From contig CAYRKK010000003.1 in NCBI GenBank assembly GCA_964424875.1, positions 1-35,251 on the forward strand: DNA of 35,251 nucleotides, given 5' to 3'. Positions 8,227-18,219 of this stretch are shown piece by piece. Position numbers and translations under genes: made by a program. The notes under the pieces were generated by a model, which worked only from the letters and a program-made list of their open reading frames with translations, had not been told where the DNA came from and made no database searches. The DNA comes from Candidatus Woesearchaeota archaeon (lineage in GTDB: Archaea > Nanobdellota > Nanobdellia > Pacearchaeales > GW2011-AR1). How positions within the stretch are numbered: the stretch's first letter is position 1; every line of letters starts with the position of its first letter.

Positions 8227-8976
8227 ATGAATAGGGGAGCACAGATTGCAATCTTTATAATAATTGGATTAATAATGGTTGTTATATTGATAATTCTTTT
8301 TCTTTTATTTAAGGCTCCTGAAATTAAAGTTCTTGATGAAAATAATCCTCAAGCATATATTGAGGGTTGTACTCGGGAAGCTGTTGAAGATGCGCTTGAA
8401 ATTTTAAGCAAGCAAGGAGGAGATATTAATCCTAAAGGATTTATAAGATATGATGATGAAGAGATTACTTATCTTTGTTATAATGTAGATTATTACTGGC
8501 CTTGTGTGAATCAAAGACCATTATTAGTTGAACATATTGAAAATGAGATTACTGATTATATAACTCCAAAAGTTCTTGAGTGTTTTGTTGATTTAGAAAG
8601 CAAGTTAGAAAATAGATATGATATTGATATATCTGATATGAAGTTGATAACAAAATTGCAGTCTAAGAATATTATTGTTGAGATAGATAAGAAATTTAAA
8701 ATGTCAAGAGGAGATGAGGTTAGGGATTTTAATGAGTTTACAATGCATATGTCTCATCCAATTTATGATTTTGCAAATATTGCAATGAAAGTTGTAAATC
8801 AAGAAACACATTATTGTACTTTTGATGAATTAGGGTTTATGATACTTTATAATGAATTTGATGTAACAAAACTTATAACTGGTGAAGCAGATATTATATA
8901 TGTTATAAAAGAGAGGGCAACTGAACAAGAATTTGTTTTTGCTGTTAGAAGCTGTAAATTGCCAGAGGGGTTTTAA
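8227..8976 (+). CDS. Class III signal peptide (pilin-like) protein, adaptor subtype A
   Basis: MNRGA|QIAIFIIIG. QGGxI, YLCY...CVNQRPLL and FVFAVRS are shared with 12658. Start could be 8197. Confidence 0.8.
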   Translation: MNRGAQIAIFIIIGLIMVVILIILFLLFKAPEIKVLDENNPQAYIEGCTREAVEDALEILSKQGGDINPKGFIRYDDEEITYLCYNVDYYWPCVNQRPLLVEHIENEITDYITPKVLECFVDLESKLENRYDIDISDMKLITKLQSKNIIVEIDKKFKMSRGDEVRDFNEFTMHMSHPIYDFANIAMKVVNQETHYCTFDELGFMILYNEFDVTKLITGEADIIYVIKERATEQEFVFAVRSCKLPEGF

Positions 8977-9013
8977 ATGATAATAAAATCAAAAAATGAG
9001 GTAAAAAAATAAA

Positions 9014-12000
9014 ATGATAATAAAACAAAATTTATGGACTAAGAAAGCATGTGTGAGTTATTTTCAAATTTGTGTTTTAGTTATTGCTGTTTTTGCATTT
9101 AGTTATATGATTTATGAAGTTTTTGAAGAAGTTGAAAGTGTTGATGCTGCTGAGTATGGAGAGGTTTGCTGTGAGGAAACAAGTGGAGGGAATAGTTGTC
9201 AAACTACTTCTTCTGAAACTTGTAATCCTGATTTTAGAATAGCTCCAACTGATTGTGAGTTTACTGATTTTTGTGAAATAGGATGTTGTGTTAGTTCTAA
9301 TAATGGTTTGTGTAATGAAGGAACTTCAAAAAGAGATTGTGAAAAAATAGATGGAGAATATTCTCCTAATGATGCTTGCAATATTCAAGAGTGTATTGAA
9401 GGATGTTGCATTCTTAATGATCAAGCAATATGGACTACTGAAAGAAATTGTGAATGGGAAGGAAATACTGAAAATAAAGATATTCCTACTGAATGGAATT
9501 CTAATATTAGATCTGAAATTGAATGTCTTTTTTCTGTTGAAGGAAATAAAGAAGGTGCTTGTATTTATGATTCTGATGGAGAAAGAAAATGTGTTTTTAC
9601 CACATTGTATGAATGTGTTAAAAGAACTGGAAGTGAAGCTAATTTTAATAGAGAGGGCAAGTTTTGCTCTGATTCTAAATTAGATACTGTTTGTGATGCA
9701 AAAAATCATACTGGTTGTATTGAAGGAGAAGAAGATGTTTATTGGTTTGATTCTTGTGGAAATAAAGAAGATGTTGCTAAAGATTGTGATTTATATAGGG
9801 GAACTTATTGTGGAAAAGTTGGAAGCAGATATGAATGTAAGGATGTGAATTGCGATACTGATGGAGATGGAATAACAGATAGAAAGAATGGGGAGTCATG
9901 GTGTAGTTATGATGGAATTATAGGGGATGGAAAAGATCCTGCTGGAAGCAGACATATGAGACATATATGTTATATGGGTTTAGAAAGATTAGATCCTTGT
10001 GCTGATTATAGAAATGAAATTTGTGTTCAAGAAGATAGTTTATTAGGTAATGGTGAAGAATTTTCTCAAGCTGCTTGCAGAGTCAATCAATGGAGGGGGT
10101 GTTTAGAATATAATAAAGAAAAAGATACTGAAAAAATGAAGCAAAAATGTGAAGATAATGTTGATTGCTGGGTTAAGCATATTAATATGGTAAATAGTTT
10201 TAAATTTGATGTTTGTCTTCCGCATTATCCTCCTGGATATGATTTATTGCAAGAAGATATTTATGATGATGATGGAAATTTAATAGAAGCTGCATATTAT
10301 CAGGCAAGTCCTGCTGATGGTATTTGTGATATTGCAACAATGAAATGCACTTCAACATGGTTAGTTGGAGGAATAACTTGCCCGGGTTGTATTGATAATT
10401 GCAAATGTCATACTAATTATTTTACACAAGAAATGAATGATTTTTGTGTTGCTCTTGGAGATTGTGGAGGTTATATTAATTATCTTGGAGATTATAGTGA
10501 TGAAGGTTATAATATTAGGGTTGTTGGAGGTGGAAATCCTGGTAGATTAAGAAGTGGTGATACTGAAGGTTTTTCTAATGGTAATGTTTTTGATGGTGAA
10601 CCTGCTGATCCTGGAGATTTTGATTTTTTTAATACATTAAATCCAGAACTTTTGCCTACTGTTGAAAGAGAGGAGAATTCTAATTTATCTGCATTTGAAA
10701 AAGAATTACTTACAAGTGCAGGAGCTTATGGTTCTCCTTTATTGTTGAAAATATTAACAGAAGATTTAGAAGACCCAAGTTCTATTGGAGGAAGCTTAGG
10801 AAATATTGCAATGGACCCTATTGGTTTTGCAAGATATACTAGTGCTATTTCAAGTACAAAGGCAGGAATTGAAGCTCAAATAGAACCAGGAGAAGATCCT
10901 GCAAATGGAGATTTTTCAATGGTTGCTGCAATGTTAGCAGGATTAATTGCTTTTGTTATTACACAAAGCCTTATATTTTCAATGCTTGCAGCTATGCTTG
11001 CTTTTTTGTTGTTTATGCCTTGTATAATAGTTCATAAACATGTTTATTTTAGTTGTGTGAAATGGGAGCCTATTGATGGGGGTGATAAGTGTAATGAGTG
11101 TAATAAAGTTAGTTTTCCTTGTACTGAATATAGATGTGAAAGTTTAGGGCAGTTATGTCATTTTATTAATAAAGGAACTGGAAATGAATTATGTGTGAGC
11201 AAGCCTGTTAATGAAACTATTCCTGTAATAACTCCTTTTGAAACTGCAATTAGTGAAGGATTTAAATATCATAATGTTCAAGAAAATGGTTTTGAAGTAG
11301 TTAATGAAACTAATAATGGATGTATTGAAGCTTATTCAACTGTTGATATTGGAATTAAAGTTGAACCTTTTGCAAAATGTAAAATTGGAACAGATCCAAA
11401 ACAAGATTATAATGAAATGGGAGATTTTTTTGGGATAAAAGGAAATTATATTTTGCCTGCCCATATGTTGAAATTGTTTTTTCCAAATCCTGAAGCTTTT
11501 AAAAATAAATATAATTTAACTGAAGAACAAATAGTAGAACTTGGAAAAATAGATTATTATGTTAAGTGTAAGAGTGCAAGTGGCAGGATTAATCCTGAAG
11601 CATATCATATTAAAACATGTATTAATCCTGGTCCTGATTTTACTGCTCCAAGGGTAATAATTACAAATCCTATAAAAAATTCCTATCTTGAATATGGTGT
11701 AAAAGAAAAAAATATTAAAGCTTACATTAATGAGCCTTCTGAATGTAAATGGAGTTTAGAAGATAAAGAATTCGATGAGATGGAGAATTCGATGAGTTGT
11801 GTTACAGACCCTGCTGAATTTACTCAATTTGGATGGGAATGCAATGCAACATTAAGTGAATTAGATAAAAATACTAGATTTTATTTTAGATGCAGAGATA
11901 CTTCTGAAAATTTAAATACAATGGTAGATAGTTATATTTATGAATTATATACCTCTGATTCTAAACTATCTATTGATGATGTAATCCCAGAAAAAGGAGA

Positions 12001-12502
12001 AGTAATTATCTCAAATGTTGAACCAGTTAATACAAAATTAAGATTAAAAACTTCTGGAGGTGCAAAAAATGGAAAAGCAGTTTGTGAATGGGAAGGAAAT
12101 AGTTATAGTGATAAATTTTTATATGAAGATGGAAATGGTTCAAGTTTACATGATTATGATTTAACAAGTTTAGGACAAGGAAGATATACTTTGAATTTTA
12201 AGTGTGAAGATGCTGCTGGAAATATTGCTGAGAACTCAACTAGTTTTGATGTGAAGATTGATAAATTTGGACCAAGAATAATAAGGATTTATTATGATAA
12301 TGGTTTGAAACTTACTACTTCTGAAGAAGCTGAATGTAAATATGATTTTAAAATGAATTTTAATTTTGAAAATGCTACAAGCATGGGTAGTTCATATGGG
12401 ACAGAACATTATGGACCATGGAGATTAAAAACTTATTATGTTCAGTGTGCAGATGATTATGGAAATAAAGGAGAGAGGGTGAAGATAAGGCCTTATGGCT
12501 AA
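9014..12502 (+). CDS. Very large Cys-rich surface protein (fusion of 13433-like and 15219-like modules)
   Basis: KKA|CVSY leader plus hydrophobic stretch, CCEET/GCC repeats, NGESWC and DPAGSRH, a DTDGDG Ca-binding-like loop, an internal hydrophobic hairpin (~aa 635-675), and C-terminal Ig-like repeats (NEPSECKWS, FRCRD, FKCED, VQCAD). Confidence 0.8.
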   Translation: MIIKQNLWTKKACVSYFQICVLVIAVFAFSYMIYEVFEEVESVDAAEYGEVCCEETSGGNSCQTTSSETCNPDFRIAPTDCEFTDFCEIGCCVSSNNGLCNEGTSKRDCEKIDGEYSPNDACNIQECIEGCCILNDQAIWTTERNCEWEGNTENKDIPTEWNSNIRSEIECLFSVEGNKEGACIYDSDGERKCVFTTLYECVKRTGSEANFNREGKFCSDSKLDTVCDAKNHTGCIEGEEDVYWFDSCGNKEDVAKDCDLYRGTYCGKVGSRYECKDVNCDTDGDGITDRKNGESWCSYDGIIGDGKDPAGSRHMRHICYMGLERLDPCADYRNEICVQEDSLLGNGEEFSQAACRVNQWRGCLEYNKEKDTEKMKQKCEDNVDCWVKHINMVNSFKFDVCLPHYPPGYDLLQEDIYDDDGNLIEAAYYQASPADGICDIATMKCTSTWLVGGITCPGCIDNCKCHTNYFTQEMNDFCVALGDCGGYINYLGDYSDEGYNIRVVGGGNPGRLRSGDTEGFSNGNVFDGEPADPGDFDFFNTLNPELLPTVEREENSNLSAFEKELLTSAGAYGSPLLLKILTEDLEDPSSIGGSLGNIAMDPIGFARYTSAISSTKAGIEAQIEPGEDPANGDFSMVAAMLAGLIAFVITQSLIFSMLAAMLAFLLFMPCIIVHKHVYFSCVKWEPIDGGDKCNECNKVSFPCTEYRCESLGQLCHFINKGTGNELCVSKPVNETIPVITPFETAISEGFKYHNVQENGFEVVNETNNGCIEAYSTVDIGIKVEPFAKCKIGTDPKQDYNEMGDFFGIKGNYILPAHMLKLFFPNPEAFKNKYNLTEEQIVELGKIDYYVKCKSASGRINPEAYHIKTCINPGPDFTAPRVIITNPIKNSYLEYGVKEKNIKAYINEPSECKWSLEDKEFDEMENSMSCVTDPAEFTQFGWECNATLSELDKNTRFYFRCRDTSENLNTMVDSYIYELYTSDSKLSIDDVIPEKGEVIISNVEPVNTKLRLKTSGGAKNGKAVCEWEGNSYSDKFLYEDGNGSSLHDYDLTSLGQGRYTLNFKCEDAAGNIAENSTSFDVKIDKFGPRIIRIYYDNGLKLTTSEEAECKYDFKMNFNFENATSMGSSYGTEHYGPWRLKTYYVQCADDYGNKGERVKIRPYG

Positions 12503-12657
12503 ATGTGAAATCCTACTAAAAAAATACAAAGCAGAAAAGTTAATTTTTTATCCTATCAAAGGGGCTAAATAATAAGATAAAAAATTAACAAACAAAAATA
12601 AGGATTTTACTAAAGAGATGGTTAAATAAATTTATAAATAAGAATGATGTTATAAAG

Positions 12658-13431
12658 ATGGGAAAGATGAAAATAAAAAGAGGGAAAAAAGCACAACTAA
12701 CAATATTTATTATACTAGGCATAGCAATACTTATTATATTAATTTTATTGTTTATGAGGGGGAAAGATTTAAGGACATTTTTTTTAGGAAGAACTCCTGT
12801 TGAAGAAATAAGATATTGTGCAGAAGAATCATTAAAAGAAGGCATTGGTATATTGAGTTTTCAAGGGGGAACTATTGAGCCTGAAAATTATTATTTATAT
12901 GAAGGACATAAAGTAGATTATGTTTGCTACACAGAAGAAGATTTTCAAAAATGTGTAATGCAAAAACCTTTATTAAAAAATATTATTGAAGATGAATTAA
13001 AAGATTATATTGAGGCTGAGGTTAAGGGATGTGTTGAGTCTGTTAAAGAGTCGTTAGAAAGAAAAGGAAGCAGTGTTAGTTTAAAGGAGCCTGTGATTGA
13101 TATTGAGATTGTTCCTGAAGATGTTTTAGTTAATATTGAACTTGATTTAAAAATTACAAAAGGAGATTTTATTGAAGCATATAAAAATATTAAAACTTCT
13201 GTTGGGTCTAGTTTATATGAATTTATAATGATTGTAAGTTCAATAGCAAATTTAGAAGCAGAATATGGAGATTCTGAAATAACAACTTATATGTTTAATA
13301 ATCATAATTTAAAAGTTGAGAAAATAAAACAAGGAGATGAAACAAAAATTTATGTTTTAACTGATAGAGTATCTTTAGAACAGTTTATTTTTGCTGTGAG
13401 GAGTATCCCTATTCCTCCTGGATGGGTTTAA
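12658..13431 (+). CDS. Class III signal peptide (pilin-like) protein, adaptor subtype A
   Basis: KKA|QLTIFIILG, FQGGTI, YVCY...CVMQKPLL and FIFAVRS. TTTATAAA lies at 12631-12638. Confidence 0.8.
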   Translation: MGKMKIKRGKKAQLTIFIILGIAILIILILLFMRGKDLRTFFLGRTPVEEIRYCAEESLKEGIGILSFQGGTIEPENYYLYEGHKVDYVCYTEEDFQKCVMQKPLLKNIIEDELKDYIEAEVKGCVESVKESLERKGSSVSLKEPVIDIEIVPEDVLVNIELDLKITKGDFIEAYKNIKTSVGSSLYEFIMIVSSIANLEAEYGDSEITTYMFNNHNLKVEKIKQGDETKIYVLTDRVSLEQFIFAVRSIPIPPGWV

Positions 13432-13432
13432 G

Positions 13433-15199
13433 ATGAAAGAAGAAATAAATAAAAAAATAATAAGAGAAACTGTGATTAGTTTAATCTTATTTATGATTAT
13501 TTTAAGTTTTGTAAATATAGTTGTTGCTGAAAGTGATTGGCCTGCATATAATGCTTGTTGTGAGAAAACAGAGTATGGAGCATGGTGTCAGAATACACAA
13601 GAAGCAAATTGTGATGAGAGTTATAGGAAAACACCAACAAGCTGTGATGCAACAAGTTTTTGTAAATTAGGGTGTTGTGTTGATTCTGAAGAAGGATTGT
13701 GTATGAAAAATACTCCTCAAAAAGTTTGTGAAATTTCAAGTGGTACTTGGTTAGATGATGAAGAGTGTAATGTTGCTCAATGTGATTTAGGATGTTGTGT
13801 TTTAGGAGACCAGGCAAGTTTTGTTACATTAACAAGATGCAAAAGATTGTCAAGAATTTATGGTTTAGAAACTAATTTTAAAAGAGATATTGGTAATGAA
13901 GCTGAATGTATTTTACTTGCTCATGCTCAAGATAAAGGAGCTTGTGTTTTTGAAATTGAAGGTGAAAGAACATGCACTTTTACAACAAGAGCTGAATGTA
14001 CTGGTTCTAAAAAAAGTGGAAATGTAACAGGTGAGGCTGAATTTTTTAAAGATTATCTATGTTCTGCTGATGAATTAGCTACAAGTTGCGGGCCAACAAG
14101 AAAAACAATGTGTGTTGAAGGAGAAGATGAGGTTTATTTTAAAGATAGTTGCGGAAATCCTGCAAATATTTATGATGCTAATAGGATATATTCAAAAGAT
14201 GCAAGTTATTGGCAGAGGGTTTTTCATAAAAGTGAATCTTGTGGTTATGATAAAGGAAATATTAAATCAAAGAATTGTGGGAATTGTGATTATTTAATGG
14301 GAAGTATTTGTGGTGAAGGTGATGCAAGTTATGGAGATTATTATTGCAGGGATTTAAATTGTTATAATACTTTAAATGGATATAATTATAGAAATGGAGA
14401 ATCATGGTGTGAGTTTGGAGGAACTGAAAATGACGATGGATTAGACCCTGCTGGGAGTAGATATTTTAGGCATATATGTATGCATGGAGAAGAAATAATA
14501 GAACCTTGTGCTGATTTTAGAAATGATGTTTGTATTGAAGAAAGTTTTGGAGGAGGATTTGGTGATTTTACAGAAGCTGCTTGCAGAGTAAATAGATGGA
14601 CAGATTGCATTGATCAGTTTACAGAAGAGAGTTGTTTAAATACTGATAAAAGAGATTGTTTTTGGGTAAAAGGTGTTCATTATGATGGGAGTGCAAGTCA
14701 AAATGAGGCACAACAACTTGCAAGTCAAGATGAAGAAAAAAAGAGTGTAGGAATTGTTCAAGGGGGATATATTTGTCTGCCTAAAAATCCTCCTGGATTA
14801 GAATTTTGGAGTGATGGAAATGCAAAATCAATTTGTAGTTTAGGAAATTCAAAACAAGTTGTTGAATTTGAAGCAGGTCTTTTTGGAGATCCAAAATGTA
14901 AGGAAAATTGTGATGTTTTAGAAACAAAATGGGTTGATAATATGAATAGGGTTTGTATGAGCTTAGGTGATTGTGGGGCGCATACTAATTTTATAGGAGA
15001 TTATACTGATGATGGAATTGTCTGGAAGCAAAATGGAAAAAGAAAAAATATTCAAACAGGATTATTAGAAAATGTAGAAGAAAGTTCTGAAAGTTCAAGT
15101 GTTGAAGCAGTAACATCTGAAGATGAAATTGGAGATGATTATGAAGAATTTGAAGGTACTCAGACAGGTGGTGAAGATGAACAGATGTTTAATGAATGA
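13433..15199 (+). CDS. Secreted Cys-rich protein (about 40 Cys), paralog of the N-half of 9014..12502
   Basis: Signal peptide, then CCEKT, GCC x2, DSCGN, RNGESWC, DPAGSR, PCADFRN, AACRVN.W and C.SLGDCG in the same order as in the 9014 protein. Acidic tail. Confidence 0.8.
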   Translation: MKEEINKKIIRETVISLILFMIILSFVNIVVAESDWPAYNACCEKTEYGAWCQNTQEANCDESYRKTPTSCDATSFCKLGCCVDSEEGLCMKNTPQKVCEISSGTWLDDEECNVAQCDLGCCVLGDQASFVTLTRCKRLSRIYGLETNFKRDIGNEAECILLAHAQDKGACVFEIEGERTCTFTTRAECTGSKKSGNVTGEAEFFKDYLCSADELATSCGPTRKTMCVEGEDEVYFKDSCGNPANIYDANRIYSKDASYWQRVFHKSESCGYDKGNIKSKNCGNCDYLMGSICGEGDASYGDYYCRDLNCYNTLNGYNYRNGESWCEFGGTENDDGLDPAGSRYFRHICMHGEEIIEPCADFRNDVCIEESFGGGFGDFTEAACRVNRWTDCIDQFTEESCLNTDKRDCFWVKGVHYDGSASQNEAQQLASQDEEKKSVGIVQGGYICLPKNPPGLEFWSDGNAKSICSLGNSKQVVEFEAGLFGDPKCKENCDVLETKWVDNMNRVCMSLGDCGAHTNFIGDYTDDGIVWKQNGKRKNIQTGLLENVEESSESSSVEAVTSEDEIGDDYEEFEGTQTGGEDEQMFNE

Positions 15200-15218
15200 A
15201 ATATAGAGATAAAAGAAG

Positions 15219-17384
15219 ATGATAATGAAAAATAAAAAAAGGATTGGGAAAAAGGCTTTTGTAAGTATGAGGGCTATGTTTTTAATATTTAATTTAGTTG
15301 TTGCTGTTGTTGCTTTTAGTTATATGATTGGGGTTGTTAGTGGTACTGATCCTATTCCGACAACCACTGCGACAACTATCCCAAGAGGTATTAGTAGTGA
15401 ACCTGAGGGAGAGGAATTTACTACAGGAGGTGATCCAACTAACCTTGATGATGATACTTCACCAGATCATTCTCTAGATGATAAAGATCCTGAAGAAGAT
15501 GAAGGAGGAGGATTAGGAGGAGGTGAAGATGTTCCTGGAGGGCCTGATACAACTCCTGGTGGAGGAACAGGAAGTCTTGGTTGGAAAGCAATGATAATGA
15601 AAGGGGGAATAGGTGCAAGTATTTTTGGAACAATTGGTGCTTTAGCAGGAGGAGATAATGGTGCTTTATATGGTTCAATAGCAGGAGGAATTGGTGGAGC
15701 TGTTGCTGGAATAGTGGAAACTATGAGTGGTAGTGAAACAGCTGGGATATTTGTTGGATTAACTGTTGCAACAATTATATTTTTAATGACATATTCAAAA
15801 AAATCTCAGCAAATTGTTGAGTTTTATTGTCTGCCTTGGCAAGCACCTATTGGAGGTGAAAATTGCCAGGTATGTAATGAATTTGAACATTGTTCTGAAT
15901 ATATGTGCAAGAGTCTTGGACAAGCTTGTGATATTATTGATGCAGGAACTCCTGAGCAAAAATGTATTTGGTTAAATCCTCATGATGTTAATTCTCCTTT
16001 GATTAGTTTAGTTGAAGTTAGTAAAGAACATGTGTTTAAGCCAGATAATAATATTAGGCCTCCTGCAACAGGAGTTGTTATTAATAAAAAAAATGGAGAG
16101 TGTATAAGGGCATTTTTTCCATTAGAGTTTACAATTATTACTAATGAACCTTCTCAATGTAAAATAGATTATAATTTAATTGCAGGAACAAAAGAAAATC
16201 CAAGAGCTGGATTTGATAATATGGAGTTTTATTTAGGAGGTGATGGTTTGTATAAATATAATCATACTGAAAAATTGTCATTGCCAGGACCTGATGCAAT
16301 TAATTCTGCTGCTCCTGAATTAAAAAATGATGGAGATTATACTTTGTTTATAAGATGTCAAGATGCAAATGGTAATTTTAATCAAGATGCTTATTCTGTT
16401 AGTTTTTGTGTTGAAAAAGGACCTGATACAACTCCTCCTTTAATTGTAAATACAAATATCCAAAGTGGAAATCCTGTTCAGTTTAATCAAACAAACTTGG
16501 ATTTAGAAGTTTATGTTAATGAACCTGCTAAATGCAAGTGGAGCGGGGAAGACAGGGATTATGATGCAATGGAAAGTGAAATGAGTTGTTCTGTAAATGT
16601 TTGGGAAATGAATAATGAAAATGTTTATACTTGTAAGGTTAAATTAACTGGAATTAAAGATAGAGAAGAAAATAAATATTATTTTAAATGTAAAGACCAG
16701 CCATGGGCTGAAGAAGGAGATAGAAATGAAAATAAGCAGAGTTATGTTTATAGTGTGATTGGAACACAACCTTTGAATATTTTAGAAATAGGGCCTGATG
16801 CAACTATAAAAGGTGCAACAGATAGTATTCCTGTTTATTTGAGAATAAACACAGATAATGGTTATAAAGATGGAGAAGCTTTATGTTATTATTATAATGA
16901 TGAGGATAATGAAGAACCTGTGAGAGAAGAAGATTATGTTTTGTTTCATGAAACAAAATCAAATGAACATACTCAAAGGCAGGATTTAGTTGCAGGTGAT
17001 TATGTTTATTATTTTAAGTGTTTGGATTTAGGTGGAAATGCTGTTTATGATTCAACTAGCTTTAAAGTTGAAACAGATAGAACATCTCCTTTGATTGTTA
17101 GAGTTTATAGAGAAGATGGTTTGAAAATAATTACAAATGAAAAAGCAGAGTGTAGTTATTCTAATCAAGATTGTAATTTTGAAATAGAGTCTGGAATTGA
17201 AATGAGAAGTGATGATAAAGAAGTTCATACTGGAGAATGGGTTTTAAATAGAAATTATTATATAAGATGCAAGGATGAATATGATAATCAAGTTAATCCA
17301 AATGTTTGTTCAATAATTGTCAGACCTTCACTTTCAATTATTGAAGAAAATATTGATGAAGATGAATGGGATTTTAGTTTTTGA
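15219..17384 (+). CDS. Surface protein with pilin-like leader, glycine-zipper hydrophobic segment and Cys-containing Ig-like domains; paralog of the C-half of 9014..12502
   Basis: KKA|FVSM...VVAFSYMI leader, acidic Gly/Pro linker, GxxxG-rich hydrophobic stretch, then CLPWQAPIGG, C.SLGQ.C, GPDTTPP, NEPAKCKWS and FKCKD shared with 9014. Confidence 0.8.
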   Translation: MIMKNKKRIGKKAFVSMRAMFLIFNLVVAVVAFSYMIGVVSGTDPIPTTTATTIPRGISSEPEGEEFTTGGDPTNLDDDTSPDHSLDDKDPEEDEGGGLGGGEDVPGGPDTTPGGGTGSLGWKAMIMKGGIGASIFGTIGALAGGDNGALYGSIAGGIGGAVAGIVETMSGSETAGIFVGLTVATIIFLMTYSKKSQQIVEFYCLPWQAPIGGENCQVCNEFEHCSEYMCKSLGQACDIIDAGTPEQKCIWLNPHDVNSPLISLVEVSKEHVFKPDNNIRPPATGVVINKKNGECIRAFFPLEFTIITNEPSQCKIDYNLIAGTKENPRAGFDNMEFYLGGDGLYKYNHTEKLSLPGPDAINSAAPELKNDGDYTLFIRCQDANGNFNQDAYSVSFCVEKGPDTTPPLIVNTNIQSGNPVQFNQTNLDLEVYVNEPAKCKWSGEDRDYDAMESEMSCSVNVWEMNNENVYTCKVKLTGIKDREENKYYFKCKDQPWAEEGDRNENKQSYVYSVIGTQPLNILEIGPDATIKGATDSIPVYLRINTDNGYKDGEALCYYYNDEDNEEPVREEDYVLFHETKSNEHTQRQDLVAGDYVYYFKCLDLGGNAVYDSTSFKVETDRTSPLIVRVYREDGLKIITNEKAECSYSNQDCNFEIESGIEMRSDDKEVHTGEWVLNRNYYIRCKDEYDNQVNPNVCSIIVRPSLSIIEENIDEDEWDFSF

Positions 17385-17449
17385 GGATAATAGTTTTTAT
17401 AAAGATTAAATTTTGAGATTGTTATTGAATGAATCTTTAAAACACAATC

Positions 17450-17457
17450 TTTATTAA
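17450..17457 (+). promoter_or_regulatory. Putative TATA box of cassette 4
   Basis: TTTATTAA, 21 nt before ATG 17479. Confidence 0.5.
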
Positions 17458-17478
17458 TTAAGTTATTTTATTTAATTT

Positions 17479-18219
17479 ATGAAAAGAGGACAGATTAGTA
17501 TATTTGTTATTATAGGAATTTTAATTATTGTAGTTGTTGGTATCTGGTTTGGAGTCAGGAGTGGAATTTTTGAAAAAGAAAAAGTAAATCCAGAAGTTCA
17601 GCCAATTTATAGTTTTGTTGAAGATTGTTTAAAAAAAACTGGATATGAAGCAATAGATTATACTAGTAAAAAAGGAGGATATTTTGTTTCTCCTAATTTA
17701 TCATTAGATAATGGAATTCCTTATTATTTATATGAAGGTAAGAATCTTATGCCATCTAAAGAAAAATTTGAAGAGCAGATTTCTTTGTATATTGAAGATA
17801 GTTTAATTTTTTGTATAAATGGTTTTATTGATTTTCCTGATTTTGAAGTTGAGTTTCAGGATTTAAAAACTGAAACAAAAATTTTAGATGAAAATGTTGA
17901 GATTAAATTAAATTATCCTTTAAGTATTTTAAAAGGTGAAAATTCTTATACATTTAAGAATTTTGAAGTTGATATTCCTGTTAGACTTGGAATTGTTTAT
18001 AGTTCTGCTTTTGATATAATCCTGAATCAAATGGATATTCCAGATAGTGTTGATATTTTTTTGATTAATGAGGTTGGGTTGATAAATGACGTTGATATTA
18101 ATCTTTTAGATTATGATGATAGAGTAGTTATATTAACTATTGTTGATAAGAACTCAAAGATAAATGAGGATGATTTGATATTTAATTTTGCAAATAAGTA
18201 TCTTGTTTTTGAAGAATGA
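17479..18219 (+). CDS. Class III signal peptide (pilin-like) protein, adaptor subtype B
   Basis: MKRG|QISIFVIIG, NPEVQPIYSFVEDC, GGYFVSPN, FCINGFIDFPDF and FNFANKY. Close paralog of 20158. Overlaps the next start (ATGA). Confidence 0.82.
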   Translation: MKRGQISIFVIIGILIIVVVGIWFGVRSGIFEKEKVNPEVQPIYSFVEDCLKKTGYEAIDYTSKKGGYFVSPNLSLDNGIPYYLYEGKNLMPSKEKFEEQISLYIEDSLIFCINGFIDFPDFEVEFQDLKTETKILDENVEIKLNYPLSILKGENSYTFKNFEVDIPVRLGIVYSSAFDIILNQMDIPDSVDIFLINEVGLINDVDINLLDYDDRVVILTIVDKNSKINEDDLIFNFANKYLVFEE

